A stretch of DNA of 32,000 bases from Marinicellulosiphila megalodicopiae (GTDB taxonomy: Bacteria; Pseudomonadota; Gammaproteobacteria; Pseudomonadales; Natronospirillaceae): NCBI RefSeq assembly GCF_045862395.1, contig NZ_AP023087.1:1699990-1731989 (forward strand), read 5' to 3'. The translations under genes were made by a program, and so were the position numbers. The notes beneath the pieces are model-generated. The model was not told the origin of the DNA. It did no database searches and worked only from the letters and a program-made list of their open reading frames with translations. Shown here one piece after another: positions 12,375 to 21,810 of this stretch (position 1 is the first letter of the stretch; every line of letters starts with the position of its first letter).

Positions 12375-12818
12375 ATGAGCGTAGATCGAATGGACATTAG
12401 TCAAGTGTTATCACAAATGCGTGCATTAAAAGCTCAGATGCCTTCTCAACAATTAAATATTAATCCCGTGCAAAATGATGCGTTTAAACAGCAACTTAAT
12501 CAAGTGCAGCAAGAAGTTTCAAACGTAAATAAGCCAGATTTTTCCCGAGTGAATTCAAATACAGATGGAATATTACCTGTAGAAAAAGATGAAGGACCTT
12601 CGTTTGGTGATATGTTCAAATCTGCAATTGATTCTGTAAATGATAGTAAAAGTCACGCTAATGATTTGTCATCTCGTTATGAGCAAGGCGATCCAAGTGT
12701 TGATTTACCTGAGGTTATGATTGCCCTTCAAAAATCATCCGTTAGTTTTCAGGCCATGACTCAAGTACGCAATAAAATGGTAGAAGCGTACAAAGAAATC
12801 ATGAATATGCCTTTATAA
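12375..12818 (+). CDS. fliE: Flagellar hook-basal body complex protein FliE
   Basis: The C-terminal LPEVMIALQKSSVSFQAMTQVRNKMVEAYKEIMNMPL is the canonical FliE helix. SD GGGGG lies upstream. At 147 aa it is long for FliE, with a Q/N-rich central insert. Confidence 0.88.
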   Translation: MSVDRMDISQVLSQMRALKAQMPSQQLNINPVQNDAFKQQLNQVQQEVSNVNKPDFSRVNSNTDGILPVEKDEGPSFGDMFKSAIDSVNDSKSHANDLSSRYEQGDPSVDLPEVMIALQKSSVSFQAMTQVRNKMVEAYKEIMNMPL

Positions 12819-12835
12819 CCGAGTAATAGATAATT

Positions 12836-14551
12836 ATGGATCAAGCACAAGCGTCACCTGGTGATATGGAGGGATCAAACCCTCCAATGCTCGATACAGT
12901 CAACGCTGAAAGCGCGGCGGTAAGCACGAAAAAAATACATCCTATTGTAGCGGGTTTTAGTAAGCTTACTATGTTGCGTCAATTGGGTTTATTAATTGGC
13001 CTGTCAGCTGCCATTGCATTAGGCATTGGCATGGTGTTATTTACTCAAAGCGAAACTTATAAACCGCTTTTAAATTCTGCTAATTCCTATAATACAAAAG
13101 AAGTGATTCAACTTCTGCAACAACAAGACATTGATTTTAATATGAATCCAGTATCTGGGGTGATATTGGTAACACAAAGTGATCTTCATAAAGCTCGTTT
13201 AGCTATAGCGGGCGCCGACTTAGCTACCGATGACTTATTGGGTTATGAATTATTAGATCAAGACCAGCCACTTGGTACCTCTCAGTTTATGGAAAATACT
13301 CGTTACATGAGAAGTGTAGAAGGGGAATTAGCCAGAACCATCGCATCCTATAATTCTGTAAGATCTGCACGCGTGCATTTAGCATTACCAAAAAGAAGTG
13401 TGTTTGTGCGTGATAAACGTAAGCCTACTGCATCGGTTATGGTCGAATTATTTGCAGGTGGACAGTTAGAATTTGATCAAGTCAAAGCCATTAAAAATAT
13501 GGTGTCTGCTTCTATTTCAGAGTTGAATCCTGAAGATGTAGTTGTGACAGATCAAAAAGGACATTTATATGAAAACAACGAAGAACAAACCCAAGAAGAG
13601 CTCACTAAAAAACAATATGACTTTACACGTAAAATTGAAAACGATCGGATCAGTTCGATTAACTCTATTTTATCGCCAATTTTAGGAGCCAATAATTTTG
13701 AAGTATCCGTTAATGCACAGGTTGATTTTACAAAAGTTGAGCAAACGGATGAATTATATAATCCTGATTTATTAACCATTCGATCACAACAAACTTTAAG
13801 CGAAACCAAAACCGGAGAACAAAATGGTGGGGTGCCTGGTGCGTTAACCAATCAGCCGCCATTAGATGCACAAGCCCCAGAAGAAGCTGGAGCAGGTGAC
13901 GCAGCAAATGCGCCTCCTACAAGCACAAAAGACCAAGCAACCACCAATTATGTAAATGATAGAACATTGCGTTATTCAGAACATGCAACCGGACAGGTAA
14001 AAAGATTAACAGTAGCCGTGGCGATTAATAATTTAACCACAGTGGATGCAGAAGGAAATTCTGTCACAGAGCCTTGGCCTCAAGAGTCATTAGATAAATT
14101 AAAAATCATTGTTCAAAATACAGTTGGGTTTGATATTTCTCGTGGCGATTCTGTTGATGTGATTAATTCAGAATTCAGAGCCCCGATTGTTGCACAGGAG
14201 TTACTTAATTTTTGGGAGCAACCTTGGTTTTGGGATAACGCAAAACAAATATTAGGCGGCTTGTTTGTATTAATTATGATTTTTGGTGTGCTTCGCCCAG
14301 CAGTTAAAAACCTAATGGAAAAAGGTGAGGATGAAGAGTCGGATGAAGACGATGCACTTGAATTATTAAATATTGATGAAGAATCCATAACCGATGATAA
14401 GGTGACACTTTCAGGCGCAGATGAGTTTTTATTGCCTGGACCTTCAGAGACATTTGAGCGAAAACTCGATGCACTTCGTGGGTTGATTGCTGAAGACCCA
14501 GGTCGTGTGGCTTTAGTATTGCGTAAATGGATTATGGCCGATAAACAATGA
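12836..14551 (+). CDS. fliF: Flagellar M-ring protein FliF
   Basis: 571 aa. N-terminal TM, YscJ/FliF domain (GYELLDQDQPLGTSQFMENTRYMRSVEGELARTI...ARVHLALP), second TM near the C-terminus, and an acidic FliG-binding tail. Confidence 0.93.
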   Translation: MDQAQASPGDMEGSNPPMLDTVNAESAAVSTKKIHPIVAGFSKLTMLRQLGLLIGLSAAIALGIGMVLFTQSETYKPLLNSANSYNTKEVIQLLQQQDIDFNMNPVSGVILVTQSDLHKARLAIAGADLATDDLLGYELLDQDQPLGTSQFMENTRYMRSVEGELARTIASYNSVRSARVHLALPKRSVFVRDKRKPTASVMVELFAGGQLEFDQVKAIKNMVSASISELNPEDVVVTDQKGHLYENNEEQTQEELTKKQYDFTRKIENDRISSINSILSPILGANNFEVSVNAQVDFTKVEQTDELYNPDLLTIRSQQTLSETKTGEQNGGVPGALTNQPPLDAQAPEEAGAGDAANAPPTSTKDQATTNYVNDRTLRYSEHATGQVKRLTVAVAINNLTTVDAEGNSVTEPWPQESLDKLKIIVQNTVGFDISRGDSVDVINSEFRAPIVAQELLNFWEQPWFWDNAKQILGGLFVLIMIFGVLRPAVKNLMEKGEDEESDEDDALELLNIDEESITDDKVTLSGADEFLLPGPSETFERKLDALRGLIAEDPGRVALVLRKWIMADKQ

Positions 14552-14567
14552 TAATAAGCAGACAGTC

Positions 14568-15620
14568 ATGAGTGAAAATAAACCACCAGATAGCCAAGAA
14601 ACCGCTTTAGCTAAACGTGTACTTGAGCCTGTCTCAAATCTTGAGCGTGCCTCGATATTATTGATGAGTATTGGTGAGTCCGATGCTGCAGAAGTGTTAA
14701 AACATATGGGCCCAAAAGAAGTGCAACGTGTGGGGACATCCATGAGTGCATTAAATGAAATTAGTCAAGAGCAAGTCGAAAGCACCGTGCATTTATTTTT
14801 AAATGATGTGGGGGGGCAAACCAGTTTAGGTATTGGTGCGGATGAATACATTCGAGCAATGTTAACCAAAGCATTAGGTGAAGATAAAGCAGTTTCATTA
14901 ATTGATCGAATTTTATTAGGCGGCAATACCACAGGTTTAGATACCTTAAAATGGATGGAAGCGCGAGCGGTTGCCGATATTATTCGTCACGAACATCCGC
15001 AAATTCAATCCATTGTGATTTCCTATTTAGAGCCGGATCAATCCGCAGAAATTTTATCGAATTTTCCTGAAAAAGTGCGTTTGGATATCATCATGCGTAT
15101 TGCTGCATTAGATACCATTCAGCCTGCTGCATTAAGTGAATTAAACAGCATTCTAGAGCGTCAATTCTCAAGTTCTGCTGGTGCGCAACAAACCACATTG
15201 GGTGGTGTGAAAACAGCGGCTGATATTATGAACTTCCTAGAAAGTGGTGTTGAAGCTGAAATTATGGATGGCATCAAAGAGGTGGATGAAGATTTGGGTC
15301 AAGAAATCGCCGACTTGATGTTTGTGTTTGATAACTTAATTGATGTGGATGATCGCGGAATTCAAACATTATTACGTGAAGTATCAACCGATGCGCTTAA
15401 AATTGCACTTCGTGGTTGTGACGACTCATTGACTGACAAAATATTGGGTAATATGTCTAAACGTGCTGCGGAATTATTACGTGATGATATGGAAGCGTCA
15501 GGCCCAGTTAAAGTCAGTGATGTTGAAACTGCACAAAAAGATATCTTGTCAATTGCTAGAAGAATGGCAGATGCAGGTGAAATTATGCTTGGTGGTGGAG
15601 GTGGCGAAGGCATGCTTTAA
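14568..15620 (+). CDS. fliG: Flagellar motor switch protein FliG
   Basis: 350 aa with ERASILLMSIGESDAAEVLKHM, EHPQIQSIVISYL, MFVFDNL, RGIQTLLREV and MSKRAAELLRDDME, which are the typical FliG armadillo-like motifs. Confidence 0.95.
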   Translation: MSENKPPDSQETALAKRVLEPVSNLERASILLMSIGESDAAEVLKHMGPKEVQRVGTSMSALNEISQEQVESTVHLFLNDVGGQTSLGIGADEYIRAMLTKALGEDKAVSLIDRILLGGNTTGLDTLKWMEARAVADIIRHEHPQIQSIVISYLEPDQSAEILSNFPEKVRLDIIMRIAALDTIQPAALSELNSILERQFSSSAGAQQTTLGGVKTAADIMNFLESGVEAEIMDGIKEVDEDLGQEIADLMFVFDNLIDVDDRGIQTLLREVSTDALKIALRGCDDSLTDKILGNMSKRAAELLRDDMEASGPVKVSDVETAQKDILSIARRMADAGEIMLGGGGGEGML

Positions 15621-15654
15621 ATGCCTTCTTCGCTTCAATTAAAAAGAGAATAAA

Positions 15655-17100
15655 ATGCCAGAGATTCCTCTAAAACCAGAAGATCAAGAATTGTGTCGTA
15701 TTCATGATTATGAATACGAACAATGGGGAGAGCAAAAAGAAAAAGCCAAACCAAAAGCAATGAATGCTGAAAAAAAAATAAAACCAGAAGAGAAGCCAAA
15801 GTATCCAACCATTGACGAGTTGCAGAAAATTCGTGACGATGCTTTTAATGAAGGATTTGAGTTAGGTTATAAAGAAGGTATTGCAAAAGGAAAAAAACAA
15901 GGCGAGGCTGATGGGTTTGAATCAGGTAAAAAAGAAGGTCATGAAGAAGGATTAAAGGCAGGAACCGAAAAAGGGTTGAAAGACGGTTTTGACCAATCAA
16001 AAAAAGACGTTGAAGACACCTATTTAGTAAAATTTAAAAAACAAAATGAAATTTGGCAAAGCGTGATCGATCGATTAAAACAAAGTATTGATGAGCAAGA
16101 TGAAAACATAAAATCATCTTTGACACAGTTGATTGTTCAAATTTGCCGCGGCATTTTTGTGAAAGAAATGGCATTAAAACCCGAGCATATTTTATATATT
16201 GTGAAGCAAGTATTGGATGCGTTACCAAATGACGAACAAAAATTACAAATATTTGTAAATAGTGATGATCATGCAGAATTAGAAAAAGTTATGGATTTTC
16301 ACCCTAATCAAGAACTGCAATACAATATTGATGATGCATTACAAAGTGGGGGGTGCATAGTTAAAGCTAAGTATTCTTATGTGGATTATTCATTATCAAA
16401 ACGTTTTCAAAACCAGTTAAAAGATTTAATGGAATCCGTGACAGAGTTAGATTGGGATTGCATCATTAACTTGCAAAAACCATTGCCTGAAAATGACATC
16501 ATTGAAGAACTTGAGAATGAAGAACTTGAGAGTGAAGAACTTAAGAGTGAAGAACTTGAGATTGAAGGTGAGTTAATAGTTGAGGATGAAATAGAAACTG
16601 AAGAACCTCAAATCGAAGATAAAGAGTCCGTTGAATATGATGGATCAGTTAAAGACGAAGAAATATCAGCAGAGTTAAATGAGCCGACTACTAAAGAAGA
16701 AAGAAATCAAGAAGCTGAAGAGCTTGTAACTGAAGAGCTTGAAACTGAAGTTGTACAAAGTGCTGAAGATAATAAAAAAGAACTAGACAACAAAGAACAA
16801 AGTCAAGAACCATCGTTGACAGAAACAGAAACAGAAACAGAAACAGAAACAGAAACAGAAACAGAAACAGAAACAGAAACAGAAACAGAAACAGAAACAG
16901 AAACAGAAACAGAAACAGAAACAGAAACAGAAACAGAAACAGAAACAGAAACAGAAACAGAAACAGAAACAGAAACAGAAACAGAGCAAAGTAAAGCTGA
17001 AACATTAGATCAACAAGAACAAGAAAAAGAACAAGAAAAAGAAAAAGAACAAGCCGAACAACTGAAAGACGAAATAAAAAAGGACGATAAAAATGTCTGA
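15655..17100 (+). CDS. fliH: Flagellar export assembly protein FliH with a roughly 210-aa acidic low-complexity C-terminal extension
   Basis: Position between fliG and fliI. N-terminal region with the FliH-type repeated AxxxG/GxxxG segment ([49 protein letters not shown]) and the FliI-binding core (...[16 protein letters not shown]). It then continues for about 210 more residues of E/T/K-rich sequence. The stop overlaps the fliI start by 8 nt. Confidence 0.85.
   Translation: MPEIPLKPEDQELCRIHDYEYEQWGEQKEKAKPKAMNAEKKIKPEEKPKYPTIDELQKIRDDAFNEGFELGYKEGIAKGKKQGEADGFESGKKEGHEEGLKAGTEKGLKDGFDQSKKDVEDTYLVKFKKQNEIWQSVIDRLKQSIDEQDENIKSSLTQLIVQICRGIFVKEMALKPEHILYIVKQVLDALPNDEQKLQIFVNSDDHAELEKVMDFHPNQELQYNIDDALQSGGCIVKAKYSYVDYSLSKRFQNQLKDLMESVTELDWDCIINLQKPLPENDIIEELENEELESEELKSEELEIEGELIVEDEIETEEPQIEDKESVEYDGSVKDEEISAELNEPTTKEERNQEAEELVTEELETEVVQSAEDNKKELDNKEQSQEPSLTETETETETETETETETETETETETETETETETETETETETETETETETETETETEQSKAETLDQQEQEKEQEKEKEQAEQLKDEIKKDDKNV
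16504..16563 (+). repeat. 15-bp tandem repeat x4 inside fliH ([20 protein letters not shown])
   Basis: GAAGAACTTGAGAAT, GAAGAACTTGAGAGT, GAAGAACTTAAGAGT and GAAGAACTTGAGATT, in frame. Confidence 0.9.
16819..16986 (+). repeat. Hexanucleotide microsatellite (ACAGAA)x27 plus ACAGAG, encoding (Thr-Glu)x28 inside fliH
   Basis: Counted directly: 27 perfect ACAGAA units over 16819-16980, then one synonymous ACAGAG. Codon-aligned with the fliH frame. Confidence 0.97.
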
Positions 17101-18472
17101 AGTCAGTGACTTTTTTACCAAACAATCTGAGATGATGGGGGAACAAAAACCCTTAGTAGAAGGCAGATTAACTCGAATGGTTGGGTTAACAATGGAAGCT
17201 TTGGGTTTGCAAGTCACCGTAGGCGATCGTTGTTTAATTGATGACGGAACAAAAAAAATTGAAGCTCAGGTCGTTGGATTTGATGCAGGTAAAACATACT
17301 TAATGCCGTTGCAACCTTTGGTCGGTTTAAAATCTGGGGCAAAAGTCATTCCTATCAATCAAGATGAACCGCTAGCCATTGGGGATGAATTATTAGGCCG
17401 AGTAGTCAATGGTTTTGGTGAGCCAATTGATGGCAAAGGGCCTTTAACCTGTCGTACGCATCGCTCATTAGATGGCGAATATATTAATCCATTACATCGA
17501 GAACCTATTAGACAACCACTAGATGTTGGCATAAAAGCGATTAACGCCATGTTAACCGTAGGACGTGGACAGCGTTTAGGATTATTTGCAGGCTCAGGTG
17601 TAGGTAAATCAGTTTTGTTAGGCATGATGACAAAATTCACAGAAGCAGACATTACCATTGTGGGGTTAATTGGTGAGCGTGGACGAGAAGTAAAAGAATT
17701 TATTGAAGATATTTTGGGCGAAGAAGGGTTAGTCCGATCTGTGGTTGTCGCGTCTCCTGCTGATGACGCGCCATTATTACGATTACGCGCCTCCCAATAT
17801 TGCACCACCATCGCAGAGCATTTTCGTGCTCAGGGTAAAAACGTTTTATTACTGATCGATTCATTAACCCGTTATGCCATGGCGCAACGTGAAATTGCCT
17901 TAGCCATTGGCGAGCCACCTGCAACAAAAGGGTACCCGCCATCGGTGTTTGCAAAAATCCCTCAATTAGTTGAGCGAGCAGGTAATGGAGAAGCAGGGGG
18001 AGGATCGATTACTGCGTTTTATACAGTATTAACAGAAGGGGATGATCAACAAGATCCAGTAGCGGATTCTGCCCGCGCAATTTTGGATGGCCACATCGTT
18101 TTGAATCGAGCGATTGCGGAGCAGGGGCATTATCCAGCAATAGATATTGAGCAAAGTATTTCTCGTGCTATGCCGCAAGTGGTTGACGAGGTGCATTTGC
18201 AAACGGCTCAACAATTTAAACAGATCTTTGCTAAATATCGACAAAACGAAGATTTAATCACCATCGGTGCGTATCAAAAAGGCAGCGATCCACAGCTTGA
18301 TCAAGCAATTTTAATGGTGCCGCAAATGAAAGCGTTTTTACAGCAAAGTCACAAAAAAGCAGAACCCTTTAAAGAATCACTACAACAATTTGTTCAAGCC
18401 ATGCAACCTCCAGCGCCACAAAAACAACCATTAAAATCAGGACAAAAACAAGCAGGGGGCGTCAGACGATAA
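17093..18472 (+). CDS. fliI: Flagellum-specific ATPase FliI
   Basis: 459 aa. Walker A in [15 protein letters not shown], Walker [14 protein letters not shown]1/T3SS-ATPase core ([18 protein letters not shown]...SITAFYTVL). Confidence 0.96.
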   Translation: MSEVSDFFTKQSEMMGEQKPLVEGRLTRMVGLTMEALGLQVTVGDRCLIDDGTKKIEAQVVGFDAGKTYLMPLQPLVGLKSGAKVIPINQDEPLAIGDELLGRVVNGFGEPIDGKGPLTCRTHRSLDGEYINPLHREPIRQPLDVGIKAINAMLTVGRGQRLGLFAGSGVGKSVLLGMMTKFTEADITIVGLIGERGREVKEFIEDILGEEGLVRSVVVASPADDAPLLRLRASQYCTTIAEHFRAQGKNVLLLIDSLTRYAMAQREIALAIGEPPATKGYPPSVFAKIPQLVERAGNGEAGGGSITAFYTVLTEGDDQQDPVADSARAILDGHIVLNRAIAEQGHYPAIDIEQSISRAMPQVVDEVHLQTAQQFKQIFAKYRQNEDLITIGAYQKGSDPQLDQAILMVPQMKAFLQQSHKKAEPFKESLQQFVQAMQPPAPQKQPLKSGQKQAGGVRR

Positions 18473-18916
18473 ATGAAACCACAATCCCAGCGTTTTTTAA
18501 TGGTCTTAAAAGTATATGAACAAAAAGAGAAAAAAATGTCAGACATGTTGCGTGAACTCACCATTCAAAAGCAACAAGAAGAAGAGAAGTTGACACAGCT
18601 TTATGACTATCAAAAACAATACGAAGCCAATTTTCAAATAGAAGCAAAAAAAGGCATTACAGGGTCACAGCTGCATTCACAACAACATTTTATGGCGCAA
18701 CTAGATGATGTAATTAAAGGTCAACACAAAGCACTAAACGATCAAAATCAGTACTTAGAATCTGTAAAAGAAAAATACATGCAAATGTTATTTAAACGGC
18801 AAAATTTTGAAAAACTCATCACTAAAATAAAAAATAAAGAACAGTATCAATTAGATAAAGTTGAACAAAAACTAATGGATGAACTGACCTCACAAATGAT
18901 GCGACGTCAGTATTAA
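18473..18916 (+). CDS. fliJ: Flagellar export chaperone FliJ
   Basis: 147-aa coiled-coil protein starting on the nucleotide after the fliI stop. Size, position and heptad-rich composition fit FliJ. Confidence 0.75.
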   Translation: MKPQSQRFLMVLKVYEQKEKKMSDMLRELTIQKQQEEEKLTQLYDYQKQYEANFQIEAKKGITGSQLHSQQHFMAQLDDVIKGQHKALNDQNQYLESVKEKYMQMLFKRQNFEKLITKIKNKEQYQLDKVEQKLMDELTSQMMRRQY

Positions 18917-18920
18917 ACGA

Positions 18921-18946
18921 AAAACCAGCGATTGCTGGTTTTTTTA
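18921..18946. terminator. Bidirectional rho-independent terminator between fliJ and the convergent CMD gene
   Basis: AACCAGC-GATT-GCTGGTT hairpin flanked by an A-run and a T-run. Confidence 0.8.
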
Positions 18947-18962
18947 TATTCAAATACCCCCT

Positions 18963-19310
18963 TTAGTTATTTTGCGTAAACTCATCAAAAGCGCGTAAAG
19001 CGTCCGCGGCATACATCAACGCAGGACCGCCTCCCATATAAACACACATCATTAATACTTCAGCGATTTCATCACGAGTAGCACCTAACTTAATTAACGT
19101 TTTGATATGAAACCCAATACAGCCATCACAATGCTGTGTGATTCCAATTGAAAGCGCGATAAACTCCTTGGTTTTTTTATCAATTAACCCGTCTTTAGTC
19201 GCCGCAGCCGACATCGCATAAAACCCTTTCATCCCCTCTGGCATAGCCTTTTGCAATTCACCCGCATATTGAGAAATGTCTTTGGTGATGGATTGATAGC
19301 TTTTAGTCAT
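18963..19310 (-). CDS. Carboxymuconolactone decarboxylase / AhpD-like family protein
   Basis: 115 aa with KTKEFIALSIGITQHCDGCIGFHIKTLIKLGATRDEIAEVL, the CMD-family CxxC-containing helix pair. Confidence 0.85.
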   Translation of the reverse strand: MTKSYQSITKDISQYAGELQKAMPEGMKGFYAMSAAATKDGLIDKKTKEFIALSIGITQHCDGCIGFHIKTLIKLGATRDEIAEVLMMCVYMGGGPALMYAADALRAFDEFTQNN

Positions 19311-19530
19311 GGGTTGCCTTTATATTAAGTTTAATTTAATAGTTACATTTAATATTCTATTCGGATTTAATTGTATAGCTTTATGGCATAAGTACGATAT
19401 GCCTGAATGGGTAGGTGGGTTGTTAGCCGTAGGGTGGATTCCATATCCGCCATTTTCTACGCGGCCGATATAAAAATTGTAAGAAATATTTATTTTTCAT
19501 TATTGTCCATGTCAAATATAAAGCCCACCC

Positions 19531-19642
19531 GAGATAACAATGTGAGTGATAGTTTCTAGTCATCTTCAACTGTTTTATCGTTGGAGATCCAGTGGCTTTA
19601 GTCTTTGCTTTCAGATTAAAAGTGGATGTTTGTTTTGGTTTT
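19531..19642. repeat. Mosaic intergenic repeat cluster A (X-tail, Y and K-like modules)
   Basis: The 40-bp Y module GTCATCTTCAACTGTTTTATCGTTGGAGATCCAGTGGCTT (19559-19598) matches 26711-26749 and 22261-22300 at 37 of 40 positions each. It is flanked by AACAATGTGAGTGATAG (X-tail) and AAAAGTGGATGTTTGTTTTGG (K-like). Confidence 0.85.
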
Positions 19643-19735
19643 ACGATATCTTTACTTGTGAATAAATGATTAAGTAATGTTATTATGGTATGAATCTTCA
19701 AACCCATTAAAATAATAGTTAATCAAAGGAAAATA

Positions 19736-21409
19736 ATGAAATCGGTATTTGTTTTTTTAATCCCCTTTATTGCGATAATGACATTCATAGGCTGTTCAGA
19801 AATTGGTAATGATAACGCAGGTAATGTGCTTGCTGAGCAAGACGTTAAGGCAGACTTTTTTCAATTTACAGACGCAAATGATGTGCAGCCAACACAATTA
19901 ATTGAAAGTAATGAAGTAGTTGTTACTGGAATTAGTGGGAACGTGGCAGTCAGTGTAATTGGAGGGAAATATAGTATTAATGGTAGTAATTATACTAATA
20001 ATAATGGTTACATTAATAATAATGACTCGATCAAAGTTCGAGGGGTGTCTTCTGATCTATATGGTGTCTCGAATAATGTAGAATTAAGTATTGTCAATGC
20101 TTTTTATAATTTTAAAATCACCACAAAACAAGTTCCTGTTATTGGTGTTGAAGATGTTAATTATGAAAGTAATAATGAAATATCTACATCAATTACTGCT
20201 TATAAAGATGAGGTTTACAATGATTTAACTTTTGTTATTAGTGAAAATATAGTTGATGTGGATCATTTTGAATTTTCAGTTAGCTTTGAAGATCAGGAAA
20301 TAATTGCGGATCAAAGTATTAATATAATTGATAATGGACACTCTAAGAAGATTAGCTTTACTCCAAGTTCAGTTGGTCAAACTGTATTAACTGGACTATT
20401 AGTAAATACATTAACGAATGAATCGTTAATAACGACATTGACAGTGAATGTCGTTGAATTACAAATCAAAGCAAATTTGTTTGCTGCATCTAACTCTAGA
20501 GATATGGTTCATAACCCAGCTAACAACACTCTATACATTACAGATGGGAGCGATGTGCTGCATTATGACTTGTTATCTGGCCAGTTACTGGAAAGGATAA
20601 GTGTCGGTGGAAATTTAATTGGTATCGATATTAATCAAAATAATTCACAGTTAGTTGTGGCTGACGGAACAAGATTTGAGAATACAAGTAGTCGATTTGA
20701 TGATGAAGTTAACCTTTATTTTATTGAAATTGATTCTCATGTGGTTTCTTCTATGGTTATAGACGCAGAGTTTGGTGAGTCGGGATCTTATTCAGTGTTA
20801 TATTTACCCGATAATAAAATAATGTTTACCACCGATTATGCTGGCTCTGGTGGTGTTTTAGTAAGGATTGTTGATTTAGGGTCAGATGCGGTTTTATATG
20901 AAAGAAGCATTGAACAACGAACAATGTTAAATGCTAATAATGACAGATCAATCATCGTGCTTTCTGAATCAAATAGTAGTGCTGGGCCATTTGGTATTTA
21001 TAATATTGAGACCAATTTAACAAAGCGGGGTCGAACCGATTCATTTTTGTATGATATTTCCATCGATCGAAATAATGAGTTTGTGGCAATTCCTAGTATT
21101 ATGTCTTTGAAAATATTTGATAATATTGGGAATTTAATAATAAGAATTGATTCAGAAAATTATGGCATACCTTTGGGGGTGGCTTATAGTCCTGTTTCAG
21201 ATTTGCTTTTTGTTCCATGGGCAGATAAATCTAGTATTGGTATATTTAATTCAATAACAAATGAATTTGTTGAGAATATTTCAATTCCGCATATTATGAA
21301 TTGGCATAATAATAAAGGTATGAATGACGGGCGTATTAAAATTTCAAAAGATGGGTCTCTAGGGTTTGTTCAGGTTGTGGGGGGGATTCATAGTTTTATA
21401 ATTCAATAA
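19736..21409 (+). CDS. Putative lipoprotein: N-terminal beta-sandwich repeats plus C-terminal YVTN/YncE-like beta-propeller
   Basis: Signal peptide with a lipobox-like TFIGC, SD AAGGAAA, and repeated NxxxLYITD / GIDIN / VADG-type blade motifs in the C-terminal half. Function unknown. Confidence 0.7.
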   Translation: MKSVFVFLIPFIAIMTFIGCSEIGNDNAGNVLAEQDVKADFFQFTDANDVQPTQLIESNEVVVTGISGNVAVSVIGGKYSINGSNYTNNNGYINNNDSIKVRGVSSDLYGVSNNVELSIVNAFYNFKITTKQVPVIGVEDVNYESNNEISTSITAYKDEVYNDLTFVISENIVDVDHFEFSVSFEDQEIIADQSINIIDNGHSKKISFTPSSVGQTVLTGLLVNTLTNESLITTLTVNVVELQIKANLFAASNSRDMVHNPANNTLYITDGSDVLHYDLLSGQLLERISVGGNLIGIDINQNNSQLVVADGTRFENTSSRFDDEVNLYFIEIDSHVVSSMVIDAEFGESGSYSVLYLPDNKIMFTTDYAGSGGVLVRIVDLGSDAVLYERSIEQRTMLNANNDRSIIVLSESNSSAGPFGIYNIETNLTKRGRTDSFLYDISIDRNNEFVAIPSIMSLKIFDNIGNLIIRIDSENYGIPLGVAYSPVSDLLFVPWADKSSIGIFNSITNEFVENISIPHIMNWHNNKGMNDGRIKISKDGSLGFVQVVGGIHSFIIQ

Positions 21410-21419
21410 AAAAACTAAT

Positions 21420-21629
21420 GGGGTCGAAGCTGAATGAGACTATGTTAAGCCCCGAAGGCATATAAAAAAGGTCTGCAGAGCTAAAACTCCCTTAAAAAGT
21501 AACAAGACAGTCAGTGATTACGATCCAGTCAGTTTCATTGATTTTTTTCATAAAAGGTTAGTGTAATTAATTTAAGAGATAATCCAGTTGGTTTTTTGGG
21601 TAACTATGTCAAATGTAAGACTCGACCCC
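21420..21629. repeat. Degenerate member of the repeat family, bounded by the inverted GGGGTCGA / TCGACCCC motif
   Basis: GGGGTCGA (21420-21427) and TCGACCCC (21622-21629) are inverted. The interior has a diverged X/Y-like stretch (CCCTTAAAAAGTAACAAGACAGTCAGTGATTACGATCCAGTCAG). The CGACCCC core is shared with the G module. Confidence 0.4.
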
Positions 21630-21810
21630 GACATACTGAATCGAGTAATATTAAATCAGTAAATATTGTTAGTTATTAGCTATTTTAGAAGGTCAAGTTA
21701 TAGCTTAATTCTTAATAAGATGGATAATAAATGAACATAGAGCATCTACTTTGAATATGATTGAATTAATTGGCAATTCGGTACTGGGGGGAAGTGAATA
21801 TTGAAATATT

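Noticed and set aside
16691-17146. Minus-strand ORFs 16691..17146 and 16783..16989, which translate as FLFLFL... and CFCFCF...
   Set aside because: These are pure antisense read-outs of the ACAGAA microsatellite inside fliH. They have no start context and lie entirely within a well-supported gene.
19311-19480. Search for a tRNA or tmRNA gene, or an att site, marking the island boundary
   Set aside because: Small hairpins are present, but there is no cloverleaf and no T-arm (GGTTCGAATCC-like) sequence. No direct repeat of this region was seen at the other end of the window.
19423-19707. ORFs made from repeat clusters: 19423..19707 (-), 26599..26889 (+) and 26659..26877 (-)
   Set aside because: Their apparent similarity (KATGSPT.KQLKMT) only reflects the shared Y repeat module. 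Frames are not conserved outside the module. The shared ...EDD(E)-stop reading on the minus strand is noted in the findings as an alternative, but no intact gene is supported.
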